DNA of 64,000 nt from Scyliorhinus canicula (Eukaryota), in the NCBI RefSeq assembly GCF_902713615.1, contig NC_052150.1:27552000-27615999 (forward strand), written 5' to 3'. This document shows positions 1 to 11,305 of this stretch, piece after piece. Made by a program: the position numbers and the translations under genes. The notes below the pieces were generated by a model that made no database searches, was not told the origin of the DNA, and was given only the letters and a program-made list of their open reading frames with translations. The stretch's first letter is position 1; every line of letters begins with the position of its first letter.

Positions 1-99
1 GACAGGGGAGAAACTCCCCAAGGATCAAAAAAATGATTGAGTAAATACCAATGTGCATCTCAAAGCTGACTTGTAACACCTCACCAAAAATTACACTTA

Positions 100-244
100 G
101 GGCGGGATTTACTGGCTGGTCACGCCAGAGGGAAATTCCTGTCCCACACAGACGCACGGGTTTCCCGGTGGAACCGGTAGATCCCGTGGTGGGCAGCTTC
201 CCCCACTGAAAATCAGGCGACGGCAAGGTTGGTAAATCCCGCCC
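100..244. mobile_element. PIF/Harbinger-type MITE (short)
   Basis: Perfect 13-bp TIRs GGGCGGGATTTAC (100-112) / GTAAATCCCGCCC (232-244); left flank TTA. Confidence 0.75.
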
Positions 245-381
245 AAAGAAATGTTTTGGTTAAATTGCCCCTTTTAACTTTTTGTTTCAGCTCTTTATGA
301 GAAGAAAATGCCAATGAAGAGTAATTGAATCTAAAGAAACCTGAATTTGAGTAGCAAATTGAGCCTCAGGATGTGCTAGAG

Positions 382-772
382 CAGGGGTGGGCAAACTACG
401 GCCCGCGGGCCGCATGCGGCCCGCCAAAGGTCTTTATGCGGCCCACCAAGTCATTTTAGAAAAAAAAAAATTTTTTTTTAGAATTTTCTTTTTTAATTTT
501 AATTTTTTTTTTTAAGGTTAATGGGGGGGGGGGGGGCTGTTGGGTTACTTACTGGTATAGGGTGGATACATTGACTTGAGTAGGGTGATCATTGCTCGGC
601 ACAACATCGAGGGCCGAAGGGCCTGTTCTGTGCTGTACTGTTCTATGTTCTATATGAGGCGCCCAGAATCATAACCAGGTGAAGTAATTATTTTACTTAA
701 TATACTATGCGGCCCTTTAAAATTGTGAATTTCTGAATGTGGCCCTTGCACGGAAAAGTTTGCCCACCCCTG
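382..772. mobile_element. hAT (Charlie-like) non-autonomous DNA transposon
   Basis: 16-bp TIRs CAGGGGTGGGCAAACT / AGTTTGCCCACCCCTG; exact 8-bp TSD TGCTAGAG (374-381, 773-780); subterminal GCGGCCC repeats. Confidence 0.92.
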
Positions 773-1512
773 TGCTAGAGCATTTCAGAGCCTATAAATG
801 ATTTTTGCTATGCTGCTTTTCTGTATGAAGGGATAGCAGATTTTCCCAAATAACACTGGCCTTCAAACAGTGTAATGGGGTAATTTTGTTTCCCATGAAA
901 GCATTGACAATGGGCGGAATTCTTCGTTGCCCGACGCCGAAATCGGGATCGGCGATCGGGTGGGTGGAGAATAGTTGCTGACACCGAAATCGCAGCAGGA
1001 GGCAGTTTAACGGCAGGTCGTGATGCTCCTCTCCTCCAAATCAGCATTATTGCAATGCCTGCCGCGCAGAGTTGCAACACCGTTTGCATCTAATTACCGG
1101 GCCCACCCACTATGCTGCTCTGCCACCGATGGGTCGAGTTCCCGACGCCGTCGTCCACGTGTGGTCTCAACAGTCGTTAACCTGGCATGGTGGCTGCGGC
1201 GAGAGAGGGGGTGTGCCCAGTGTCCAGCACCACCTTACTTTGCCGACAGTCGTGCTGCTGGCCAGGGGGCTTCTGCCAGGGCTGGGGGGAGCAGTGGGGG
1301 GTGGCCAGGAGGTGGGCTGTAGGGTGGGGGTGGATGGGTATGCGGTCCAGAACAACCGGCGCCATCTTTTCAGGCGTGATCGGTCCGTGTGTATAGTGTA
1401 CGCCCGGCTAGAGCTTGTCAGCCCTGCGTGCATCCAGCACGGACCCGGCAATTCCCGGTCCGTTATCTGTGTTCTGCGGGTGTTCCACACGGCGCAAGTG
1501 CTGGCCCCTCAC

Positions 1513-1900
1513 TAAAATGAAATGAAAATCGCTTAGTATCACGAGTAGGCTTCAAATTTGTCCAAAGATGTGCAGGTTAGGTGGATTGGCCATGATAAAA
1601 TTGCCCTTAGTGTCCAAAATTGCCCTTAGTGTTGGGTGGGGTTACTGGGTTATGGGGATAGGATTGAGGTGTTGATCTTGGGTGGGATGCTCTTTCCAAG
1701 AGCCGGTGCAGACTCGAGGGGCCGAATGGCCTCCTTCTGCACTGTAAATTCTATGTAACTAAAAAAAATGAAGTTACTTTGAAAAGCCCCTAGTCGCCAC
1801 ATTCTGGCGCCTGTTCGGGAAGGCTGTTACGGGAATCGAACTGTGCTGCTGGCCTGCTTGGTCTGCTTTCAAAACCAGTGATTTAGCCCTGTGCTAACCC
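1513..1900 (-). mobile_element. tRNA-derived SINE (tail type C, non-V head), split by a V-SINE
   Basis: The two halves joined match the uninterrupted copy at 60581-60762 (aaatgaaatgaaaatcgctt...ttcaaat|gaagttact...gctaa). Confidence 0.75.
1558..1768 (+). mobile_element. 5'-truncated V-SINE (HE1-like) with CR1-type tail
   Basis: gtccaaagatgtgcaggttaggtggattggccatg V-domain end; tail gggccgaatggcctccttctgcactgtaaattctat. Confidence 0.85.
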
Positions 1901-2546
1901 CAATCGGTGCAGGTGTGGTGCCGATTTTTCTGTCCACACGTCCTCCGTTGGTGTCAGCACTTAGACTCAAAAATGGAGAATCCAGCATAAGTTCAATGTC
2001 TCACTTGAATGCTGGTGGATCTGTGATGCCCCTCATTACTGCATAAGTAACTATGTGCTCAAGGCCTGGAGTAGCGTTTGAACTCGGGTCCTTTGACTCG
2101 AGCAAGAGCTGAACCGAGTCTGACCTAGAAAAAATTAGAATGGCAGCGAATAATTCTCTGAAGCACTTCAGAATACAGTATTTCATTGAAGTGATGGATC
2201 ACCCACTATTATTCTATCACCTACCTTCTTTGGTTTTATTCCCTGTAAAGTCTCTTGATACCATTGCTATCTTTTTGAGATGCATTGAAGTTAAGTAAAG
2301 TATGAAGTATTTATAAAGATGATGCCAGTTTGCAGTATTTGTTCCTCTCTAGTGCATCTTTAGTCTAATCAGGTATTTACTTCAAGCTATGCTATCTGAT
2401 TTCGGTGTGCTATAGCTGATTAAAGCTCTTCTGCTGCAAGGTGCCAAGAAGGAAAAGTTTGAAATTTGTTTTGTTTTGAAAAGTCTTGCCGTTATCATTT
2501 TGAAGGATTTTGTTTGAGATTAATTTCACGTTGACTAGATCCAATT

Positions 2547-3184
2547 ATTTTCTTAAAATAAATTTAGAGTACCCAATTTATTTTATTTTTTTTTGCAATT
2601 AAGGGGCAATTTAGCATGGACAGTCCACCTGCGCTGCACATCTTTGGGTTGTGGGGGGTGAGACCTGATGTGTTGGGTAAGCTGGGTCTACGTGGACTGT
2701 GTTTGATGCAGTGTAGAGAGAGACAGGCTTCCAACACTTGATGAGATGCAACACTATTTTATTGAACAACTAACTATAATACATGCTTAACTGTGGGTTG
2801 ACACTATGCTGACTTGACTGGAGACCTGAGGTTAGCCTGACCAGACTAACTGTCTACCCCATGGTGTTTGTACTCGTTGCTGCTCATGAGCTCTGACTGT
2901 CTCAGAGGCTGGATCCCGAGAGAGCGGGAAAACTGGTGCCCCTCTGGCTTTATAGTGGTCATGGCCTGTCTGGTGATTGGCTGCTGTGTTCTGTGTGCTC
3001 ACTTGTCATCATGTGTGTCAATCACTGCCTGTCTGCACTCCATCATATACATGGATGTATGTTATGACAAGACCCACTGGAGAATGTCCAGACTCCACAC
3101 GGACAGTCACCCAGGGCCGGGATTGAACCCAGGCCCTTGGTGCTGTGAGGCAGCAGTGCTAACCACTGTGCCATCGTACTTCCC
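2547..3184 (-). mobile_element. V-SINE (poly-A tail type B), interrupted by a solo LTR
   Basis: tRNA-like head at ~3110-3184; tail aattgggtactctaaattt on the minus strand; TSD gatccaatt (2538-2546 / 3188-3196). Confidence 0.8.
2666..3069 (-). mobile_element. Gypsy-type solo LTR
   Basis: TG...CA ends; exact 5-bp TSD AGACC (2661-2665, 3070-3074); reverse complement shares gcagacaggcagtgattgacacaca and ccaatcaccagacagg...ccactataaagcc with the LTRs at 57480/59137. Confidence 0.9.
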
Positions 3185-3608
3185 TTGGATCCAATTCAAT
3201 TTGAAACTCATTTGCACAAGTACTTGTTATGCTTCCCGTTGTTGAAAGTATTTCTCAATGTCACTCCTAAGAGACATGTAATGACCAAGATAGTTGAGTG
3301 AAAAGACCAGTGTCTATAGTTTGATAATCTGCCTTCTCTCATACTACCTGGCTGGTTGGGTGAGAATGTATTCACTCTTTCACAAGCCCCTCGTTTTTTT
3401 TTATAGATTTACTGCTGTTGTTCAGGAAATGAATAATATTCCCCACTGCCTTAGAAGATGCCACTGTGGAGCACACGAGTGAGTTTGACTCCAATTTGAG
3501 CACTATATCTACTTGAGCCAGTGGTTGTAAATTCAAATTCCACTCCTGAAATCCATGCCAACACTTCCAAGTGTGGTACTGAGGGAGTGCTGACTGGTTA
3601 CTGATCCT

Positions 3609-4293
3609 GGGTGAAATTCTCCGACCCCCAGCAGGGTCAGAGAATCGCCTGGGGCCGCCGAAAATCCCACCCCCGCCATGGCAGAGATTCTCCGCCACCT
3701 GGGAAGTGGCGGTGGCGGGAATCTCGCCACTCTGATCGGCGAGGCCCCTGCGGTGATTCTCCGGCCCGGATGGGCCGAAGTCCCGCCACTAGGAGGCCTC
3801 TCCCGCCGCCGAGGTTTGAACCACCTCTGTAACGGCGGGATCAGCGTCGCGAGCGGCCCCCGGGGTCCTGGGGGGGGGGGGGGGGGGCGGGGGGCGATCG
3901 GACCCCAGGGGGTGCCTCCACGGTGGCTAGGCCCGCGATCGGGGCCCCCCGCTCAGACTCCGGGCCAGTGCCCTGGGTGCACTCTTTCTCCTTCCGTGGC
4001 TGCCACGGCCTCCGCCATGGCGGAAGCGGAAGAGAAACCCACATCGCGCATGCGTCGGTGGTGATGTCAGCGGCAGCTGGCCGCTGACGTCACTGCTGGC
4101 GCATGCGCCGACCCGCGAAAGCCTTTCGGCCAGCCCCGCTGCCGGGGCGCCATTTGTTTGCGCCAGCCGCTCCGGCGCGGGGCTAGCCCCCAAAGGTGCG
4201 GAGAATTCCCCACCTTTGTGGAGGCCCGAGTGGTTGGCGCCACTCCCCTACGCCGGGACCCTCCGTCACGCTGGGTAGGGGAGAATCCAGCCC
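3609..4293. mobile_element. Harbinger-type MITE (GC-rich) inserted in an old Deu-SINE
   Basis: Ends GGGTGAAATTCTCC / GGAGAATCCAGCCC; 3-bp TSD CCT; flanks (gtactgagggagtgctg... / ...ttggctg...ataaatgcaag) are Deu-SINE-like. Confidence 0.85.
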
Positions 4294-5504
4294 CCTGTCT
4301 CTCAGATGTGATATTAAACTGATTTCCAAACCTGATTAGAAATCTCATTTTTGGAATCTTTGCGCCAATTGGCTGCCATATTTCCTCCAACTAGATTTGA
4401 AAAGGGACTCAATTGGCTGTAAACTCATGGTATAAATGCAAGTTATTTTTACTCTGATGACCTGGCAGTGATATTTGTATTTTGGACAATGATCCTGAGA
4501 CACTACCTTGTCAACTCGAGTTTCCTTATCCCATCAGACTGTCTTTTTCCGTGACAAACTAAAAACTAACCATTCATGTAGAAGTGGCTTCGGTTAAATG
4601 CAGTCAAATGTGACTTCTGCCAAACCATTTTTTTCTCTGCTAAAGCACGCTAAGTATTTTTTTGATGTGGTTCTGAAGTTGTACAGTGCGGAACCTGTCT
4701 CGAAAACTTGGGAGCAGTCAGTATAAGATGCACGGGTCACCAAAAGCCCGCAAGTATTGCAAAAATAGTACGTTTATTTTTGCAGTGCAAAAGCAGAACA
4801 ACATTTTGGAAAATCGGGACAATTATTTGCAAGTTTGCAATGACATCTGTGCTCTTTTATGACTTCTTTGACTTGGTTTTTTGAATGTTTTCCAAAACCA
4901 CCTCTATCAACACTTCACAGGGGGATTTTTGTGTGGATTGCTCTGTAGTTGAGGTTTGGATTTGGCCCAGGTTTGACTTGACTTGGCTTGGGTTTGAACG
5001 GAAAGGTTGTTTGCCCCTCCCCGGATGAAGCACCTCTGACTGAGGGAACGTTCCTTTAGCCTGTTCAGCACTGCTGGGTTGAGTGAAGGACTGTGAAAGG
5101 TGACGGCTTTGGGGATTTTGGTCCCATTCAGACATTTAATTGACTTGTGTTCATGTAAACATAGTTATGAGCAGCAATGTCTTGTGTTCTGTTCCAAAGC
5201 CAGCTGCACGCAGGGGAAAGGGGCTGATTCATTTGATTACCAGCAGAGAATTTTCTCATGCTTTGATGTGGCAGTTGTCAGTGCTCACATGGCAACAGTG
5301 ATGCAATGGGTGTTATATGATCTCTCAACACCCCAGTATTTCGATGGCAGGCTGAAACAAGCCGATTAAATATTGAAACTTTTTTGTGTGTCATGGTAGA
5401 TCTAGAACTGTGTACCCCCTACAACTTTGCCCACTGCGAGTGCAAAATGATTGTGGACACGATTATTAGCTGCTGATGTCCCAGAGGTGAGAGGATTTCT
5501 ACTT

Positions 5505-5885
5505 GTGTTAGCTTTTATCTAGCACTTTTTTTCATGACTTCAGTATATCCAAAAGTGCCATGCGACCAATCAAGTGCTTCTTGAATTTTGGCCACAACTT
5601 TTTAATGAAGGAAAACACAGTTTGCCCTCAGCACGCTACGCCAAAAGAAAATGAAATGAATGATCAGATCATCCTTTTTAGCGACGCTGGTTGAAGGATA
5701 AATGTTGACCACAGCACCTGAGGGACGCCCTCCCACCCACCCAACTCCCCACTGCTCTTCAAAAGAGTTGCAATAACTCACCGAGAGGACAGATGGAGCC
5801 TTGCTGAAAGCTGGCACCTCTGACTATTCAGCGCGCACTCGACACTGCAATGGAGGTGTCAGTCCAGGTTATGTATCCAGTGACT
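5505..5885 (-). mobile_element. Deu-domain SINE (SacSINE1/AmnSINE1-like), decayed
   Basis: Reverse complement contains gaggtgccagc, caacatttatccttcaaccagc, gatctgatcattc. Confidence 0.6.
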
Positions 5886-6225
5886 GAATTCCCCCCCCCC
5901 CCTTTGAATAGGCATGTATTTTTAAATCTTCCACACAACTTTGAGCAGATTTGTTTCTGCAATGGGTAAAACGGCGAAGCTTTCAGTGCTCACTATTAAA
6001 CAGTAAATTGAGCATCAACTCCCAGCATACAAGTACGAACAGTTATCCACCCGAATCTATAAGTAGTTATCCGAGTTGCCCAGCTTCTGCTGAAAGTTTG
6101 CTGAACTGGTATCACAACTGAGAGATTCTGCATTCCAAAACCTGAAAGACATTAAGTTGTGACGCTGAACATTCAAGTGCAAGTGAATTTCTAGTGGCAC
6201 AATAAATCTTACTTTTTACCAAATA

Positions 6226-7125
6226 GTTCCTCGAGGCAGTGTCCCAGGCCCAACCATCTTCAGCTGCTTCAGAAGGTCAGAAATGGGGATGGTCGTTGAT
6301 GTTCAGCATTATTCGCAGTTCCTCGGGTACTGAAGCAGTGCATGTCCAATTGCAGCAAGACCTGGACAATATGGGGTGGCAAGTAACATTTGTGCCACAC
6401 AAGTGGCAGGTAATGATGATCTTCTACAACAGAAGATCTAACCATCACCCCTTGACATTCAATGACATTACTATTACTGAAACCCCCGCTATCCACATCC
6501 TGGGAGTTAGCATTGAAAGAAACTGGACTAGCCATGTAAGACTACAAGAGCAGGTCAGATACTAGGAATCCTGCGGTGACTAACTTTCCTCCTGACTCCC
6601 CAAAGCCTTCCACCATTTACAAGTCAGGAGTGTGATGGAATACTCCCTGTTTCTCTGGATCAATGCAGCTCCATCAACAATTGAAGCTTGACACCATCCA
6701 GGACGAAGCTGCCTGCTTGATTGACACCCCATCCACAAACACTCATTTTCTCCACCACTGACACACACAGGCACAAGTATAACCATCTACAAAATGCACT
6801 GCAGGAACTCACCAAGGTTCCTTGGACAACCTTGAAAACTCATGGCTACGACCATCGAGAAGGACAAAGGCAGCAAACATGCAGGAACACCACCACGTGG
6901 AAGTTCCCCTCCAAGCCACTCACCATTGTGACTTGGAAAAATATTGTCATTTTCTCACTGCCAATGGGTCAAAATCCTAGAGCTCCCACCGTAACAGCAA
7001 TGAGTGTGCCTACAACACGTGGCCCACAGTGGTTCAAGAAGGTAGTCACCACCACTTTCAAGGACAATTAGGGATGGAAAATAAATGCTGGCCGAGCCAG
7101 TGATGCTCACATCCTGTAAATGAGT
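6226..7125 (+). mobile_element. Decayed LINE 3' fragment (CR1/L2 group, second family)
   Basis: gttcctcgaggcagtgtcccaggcccaaccatcttcagctgcttc (GVPQGSVLGP-like RT motif); LQQDLDN and WQVTF residues; tail agggatggaaaataaatgctggcc...cacatcc. Confidence 0.75.
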
Positions 7126-7361
7126 GACCAAAACCACTTCACTGGCACTCAAAATTAATGTTTACAAGTATGGAGGCTCATTATTCCAATTATAATTATG
7201 TTTCATAATTTCTTTTCCTGCCTCTTTCTCAAACTTCTACTGCCCCCTCGCCATTTTACTTTGTATGATTTTACATTAAACGAAATATTCTAACTTAACA
7301 TGTAGAGTCTGAAGTGGAGTATTTCAGAAAAGATTATACTACCTGATTTATCGATGAGATA

Positions 7362-8340
7362 CATGGCGGGTCGGAGAATTGCCGGGTAGGGGCGCGAATC
7401 ACGCGACGCCTGTCCACTGATTCTCTGGCGGCCGTAGAATCGGCGGAATTGGCGCCGGCATGGCCGCGTGGTCGGGGGCCACTCAGCGCCCCCCCCCCCA
7501 GCGATTTTCCCTGCGCGATGGGCCGAGTGTCCACCGAGTTAAGCCGCGACCAGCTGGCATCGTTCTTGTGTGGTCCTACCCGGCGGGACCTTGGCGTTCG
7601 TGCTGCGGGGGGGCGGCCTGGTTTGGGCGGGGGGGGGGGAGGGGATCTGACCCCGGGGGGGCATCCATGGCGGACAGCACGGTAGTACAAGTGGATAGCA
7701 CTGTGGCTTCACAGTGCCAGGGACCCAGGTTTAATTCCCTGCTGGGTCACTGTCTGTGCGGAGTCGCATGTTCTCCCCGTGTCTGCGTGGGTTTCCTCTG
7801 GGTGCTCCGGTTTCCTCCCACAGTCCAAAGACGTGCAGGTTAGGTGGATTGGTCATGCTAAATTGACCTTGGTGTCCAAAAAGGTTAGGAGGGGTTATTG
7901 GGTTATGGGGATAGGATGGAAGTGAGGGCTTAAGTGGGTCGGTGCAGACTCGATGGGCCGAAGTGCCGAAGTGCCGAAGGAGGCCATATGTTCTACCACT
8001 TGGCGGGCGGGCTTATCCTGGTGGGGGCTTGTGTTCCTCTGCGCCGGCCCCGACGCTACATGGCGGAGACCTAAAGGGGAAGGCAACCCACGCGCATACG
8101 CGAACCCGAGCTGGCCATGGTGCGCATGTTAGAACTCGCACCGGCCGTGGCGCACATGCGCGGACCCGCAGCCCCCGTACTGATGCCCGGTTTGGCAGCT
8201 GGAGCAGCGTGAGGCTCTTCAATGCTGGCCCCCAATGCGGCGCACGATCGCTGATCCTAGGGGCCAGATGACGCTGTTGTGAAACGCTCCGGCATTTACG
8301 ACGGCGTCAACACTTAACCCAGGATCAGAGAATCCCGCCC
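7362..8340. mobile_element. Harbinger-type MITE with nested V-SINE
   Basis: Right TIR GAGAATCCCGCCC at 8328-8340; GC-rich body; left TIR eroded. Confidence 0.7.
7672..7995 (+). mobile_element. V-SINE (HE1-like), full length
   Basis: Pol III A/B-box-like head (agtggatagcact, ggtttaattccc); V domain; CR1-type tail. Confidence 0.9.
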
Positions 8341-8719
8341 ATTGTTGTTTGCCTTGTTCACACAGGTCCTAAATCCTCTAGAAGGCACTGCACTGTATCA
8401 GACTCACGATGACTATAAAATGGCTTTCTAAAGCCCATGAAAGGTTGTGGGCAGTTGTGTATTTGGCAATCTTCTCCCATTCATCTCTGACTGCAAAATC
8501 TGTGCAGTTATCTTTCAAGGTGTTTTTTGACTTCAGTGCCTCAAAACAATATGATTCTGTTACATCCATCCAAAATTATGTTTTTTTACAGATTAAGATA
8601 AATATATAGTGTACTCCTTGACTTCATTTATCCTTGCATTTTAAAATAATCTAGGGAAGAGTTAAAAAGAGGCATTGCTGCACATTTAAAAAATAATTTG
8701 TTCAAGAAAGATGTAGTCA

Positions 8720-9150
8720 GAATTTTGGCAGGCAGCTAACATAATACCTATATTTAATAAGGAAGAGAGTGAAAGAGCATGTCCAGGGAACTATAGAACA
8801 ATTTGCATCAGTGGTGGGAAAGATAATTACATTCCCTATAAAAGATAAAATAGGATAACATCTAAAATATAGTAATGAAGAGGGAGCATGGATTTGAAGT
8901 GGGAAGATGTTCCTTGAACAATAAGGGTGAAGTAGTCCATGTAATCTACTAGATTTTTCAGAAGGCTTTCAATCAAGTGCCACATAATAGACTTAAGGGC
9001 AGAGAATGTGGGCTTGGCAGCAGAATGGTTAGCTGGCTGACTTCATGGTTGAAAACAAAGGGTAGGGGGTGAAAGGTAATCAGTGGCAGAAAGTGGAAAA
9101 TGATATTCCACAAGGATAAGAACTGGCCCTGCTTTTTCACAATTTAGACT
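8720..9150 (+). mobile_element. Highly decayed CR1 RT fragment
   Basis: ccagggaactatagaacaatt...tcagtggtgggaaag (PGNYRPISLTSVVGK-like); gatttttcagaaggctttcaatcaagtgccacat (DFQKAFDKVPH-like). Confidence 0.7.
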
Positions 9151-10914
9151 TGACCTAGTTTTTGATTAGATGCATGGAGGAGTGGCAGTGGTGCTGGAGG
9201 TATAATTTTAACTTGACTGTTCCAGCAGAAAATTGACTGGATTGCTCAGCTGGTATTTCTTTTAGAATTCGCCCAATTTTAACTTTTTTAATTGTAGAGA
9301 GTAAATCGGGTGGGGTATAAAATGAACCGTCAAAGGACCCATTCTCGGTAGGTCAGCGTAACGTGACCCCCTCTGCTACACCCTGTTGAATCATGGGTAC
9401 ATTGGAACCTCTCCTGACCAACCGTCCACTTGTTATCTCTGAGCAATCCTGTAGTGGCAGATTTTCTTCCCCTCTGTCCAGCACTTGTGGTTAGTTGTCG
9501 TGACCATATCACAGGCATGACTGAAACAAATGATTTACTACAGACCAACGGTGAAGTGCTTCGTAAAATGAAAGCAATGCTATCGCAAGACAAGGACCTA
9601 AAGGGATAAGGGTTAAGTGGCAGTGAGAACTATGTTTAGAAAAACGGCACAGCTGTTTTCATTCAACTTGTACAATTTTTCATGTTCATTATTACTCGCA
9701 CTTTTTACAAAGGCTGTTTTAAGGGTACAATTGGACATGGTGAGGAAGAATATATTCATTAGAGACACATTTACTTTCTGTCTAGCTGCAGTAATGCTTT
9801 ACAATTTCTTTAAATTCTTCGTATAGGACTGTGTTGTTTTGCCGTTCGAATGAGTGAATTGAATACCATGGCTTGGGGTTGAGCTTACTGCAGATGTTTT
9901 TGGCCCAACTCCCTCGATTTAATTCCCCATTTGATCTGCAGAAAAGTCTAGCCAGGAACAACAGACTTATTAAAGTTGAACGTGCATAGGAAGTTTTTTA
10001 ATGTACTGGTGCAGTTTCAGCTGCTAAAACGTTGGTAGCCCCATAAAGGTTCTTGAGGCTGTGGCAGCAGGTACAGACCATGTCATTGCTAAATCAGCAT
10101 TCGAGATTCATGCTTGCGGCCATTCATTAACCTTTTCAGATTGTAGAATTGGAATGTCTTTCAAATTTTTGTCACCTCAGCTGTTGAAAATTTATGTAAT
10201 CCATTCTGCAGCTCACAGAGAGCTTCTCTCTCTGTGGAGTAACCATTGCTACTTATTCAGTTTTGTGACATGGGCATCGCTGGTAAAGCTGGCTTTTATT
10301 GCTGCTCCATAGTCACCCCTGAGAAGGTAGTGGCGGGGCCTTCATCTTGTACCACTGTGGCAGCTGTAACTAAACTGCTGTCACGAAGGCAGTTTCAGGA
10401 TTTTGGACGGGAATTCCAAGATGGGAATGTGTTTCCATGAAGTGTCTGAAGGGCTCAACATTTTAGTCTGTTTAGACATAGGAATTTCTGTGGCCTGCCT
10501 ACATGAGATGACAATCCATCCTCCTTGTTTTTTTGATTGTTGTTGTCTTCCCTGTACTTAGTCGTGCACATGGCAGAATTTAATCTGTACCTATAATGAA
10601 GCGACCTGGAACAGGTCGCCTGCCTGTCGCCAATTTTTTTTTCTTTTTGCTATTCTTTAATAAAGATTGGGCCTCTTTTCGTTCCTGCTCCCCATGCAAG
10701 CTATGGACGGGCTGTTCTAACAACTAGCCCCACTGCAGGCTTTGACTCACACTCCATGACATAGATTGACTATCATTACATCTGCAAAGAAATGGTGAAT
10801 TGCGTACCTTGGTTCAGTGGCCGCAAGGCCTCGTGTATATGGACGGGAGATATTGGCAGCTGTGCTTCGTGGTTTGATTAAATGGGAATCCTTCCTTCCC
10901 ACATTAACAATAAT

Positions 10915-11305
10915 GGCAATGCAAATGAAAGACTGGCAATTATGTAGTTTAATTGAGTCCTTGGCAGATCTTCACAGCTAAATGAAGTAGTCATTGTTGT
11001 AATGACCAGATACATTTGTTTTGGTAATGATGACTGAGGGATATTTCTTGGCCAGGACCCAAGGGGTGAACTCCCTGTCCTTCCAATACCACAGCACAGT
11101 GCAGTGGGATCTTCTATGTCCACCCAAATAGGCAGACAAAACATCAGTTTTAATGTCCCATTTGAAAAACGCACCTCCAATCGTGCAATACAGCCCTCAT
11201 TAGTGAGCGGGAATATCAGCCTCAATACTGAACTCCGTTTCTGGAGTGGAGCTTGCATTGCCAGCCTTCTGACCCAACATAAGAGTGCTGCCACGTGAGC
11301 CACAG
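10915..11305 (-). mobile_element. Deu-domain SINE, decayed
   Basis: Reverse complement contains gaggtgcgtttttcaaatgggacattaaaac, ggtggacatagaagatcccactgcact, tcctggccaagaaatatccctcag. Confidence 0.7.

Larger units (their letters stand above)
912..1987. mobile_element. Harbinger-type MITE with nested SINEs
   Basis: Starts GGGCGGAATTCT, ends GGAGAATCCAGC; GC-rich body interrupted at ~1513-1900. Confidence 0.65.

Noticed and set aside
270-350. Splice-acceptor-like tttttgtttcag
   Set aside because: Stop codons follow quickly and no convincing coding exon or donor could be defined
7672-7750. tRNA-like A/B boxes (also at other SINE heads)
   Set aside because: SINE heads; no complete cloverleaf or tRNA gene
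1020-8271. GC-rich ORFs of 100-147 aa (e.g. 1072-1515, 3678-4064, 7334-7690)
   Set aside because: They lie inside GC-rich MITEs and SINEs where stop codons are rare, and show no domain similarity
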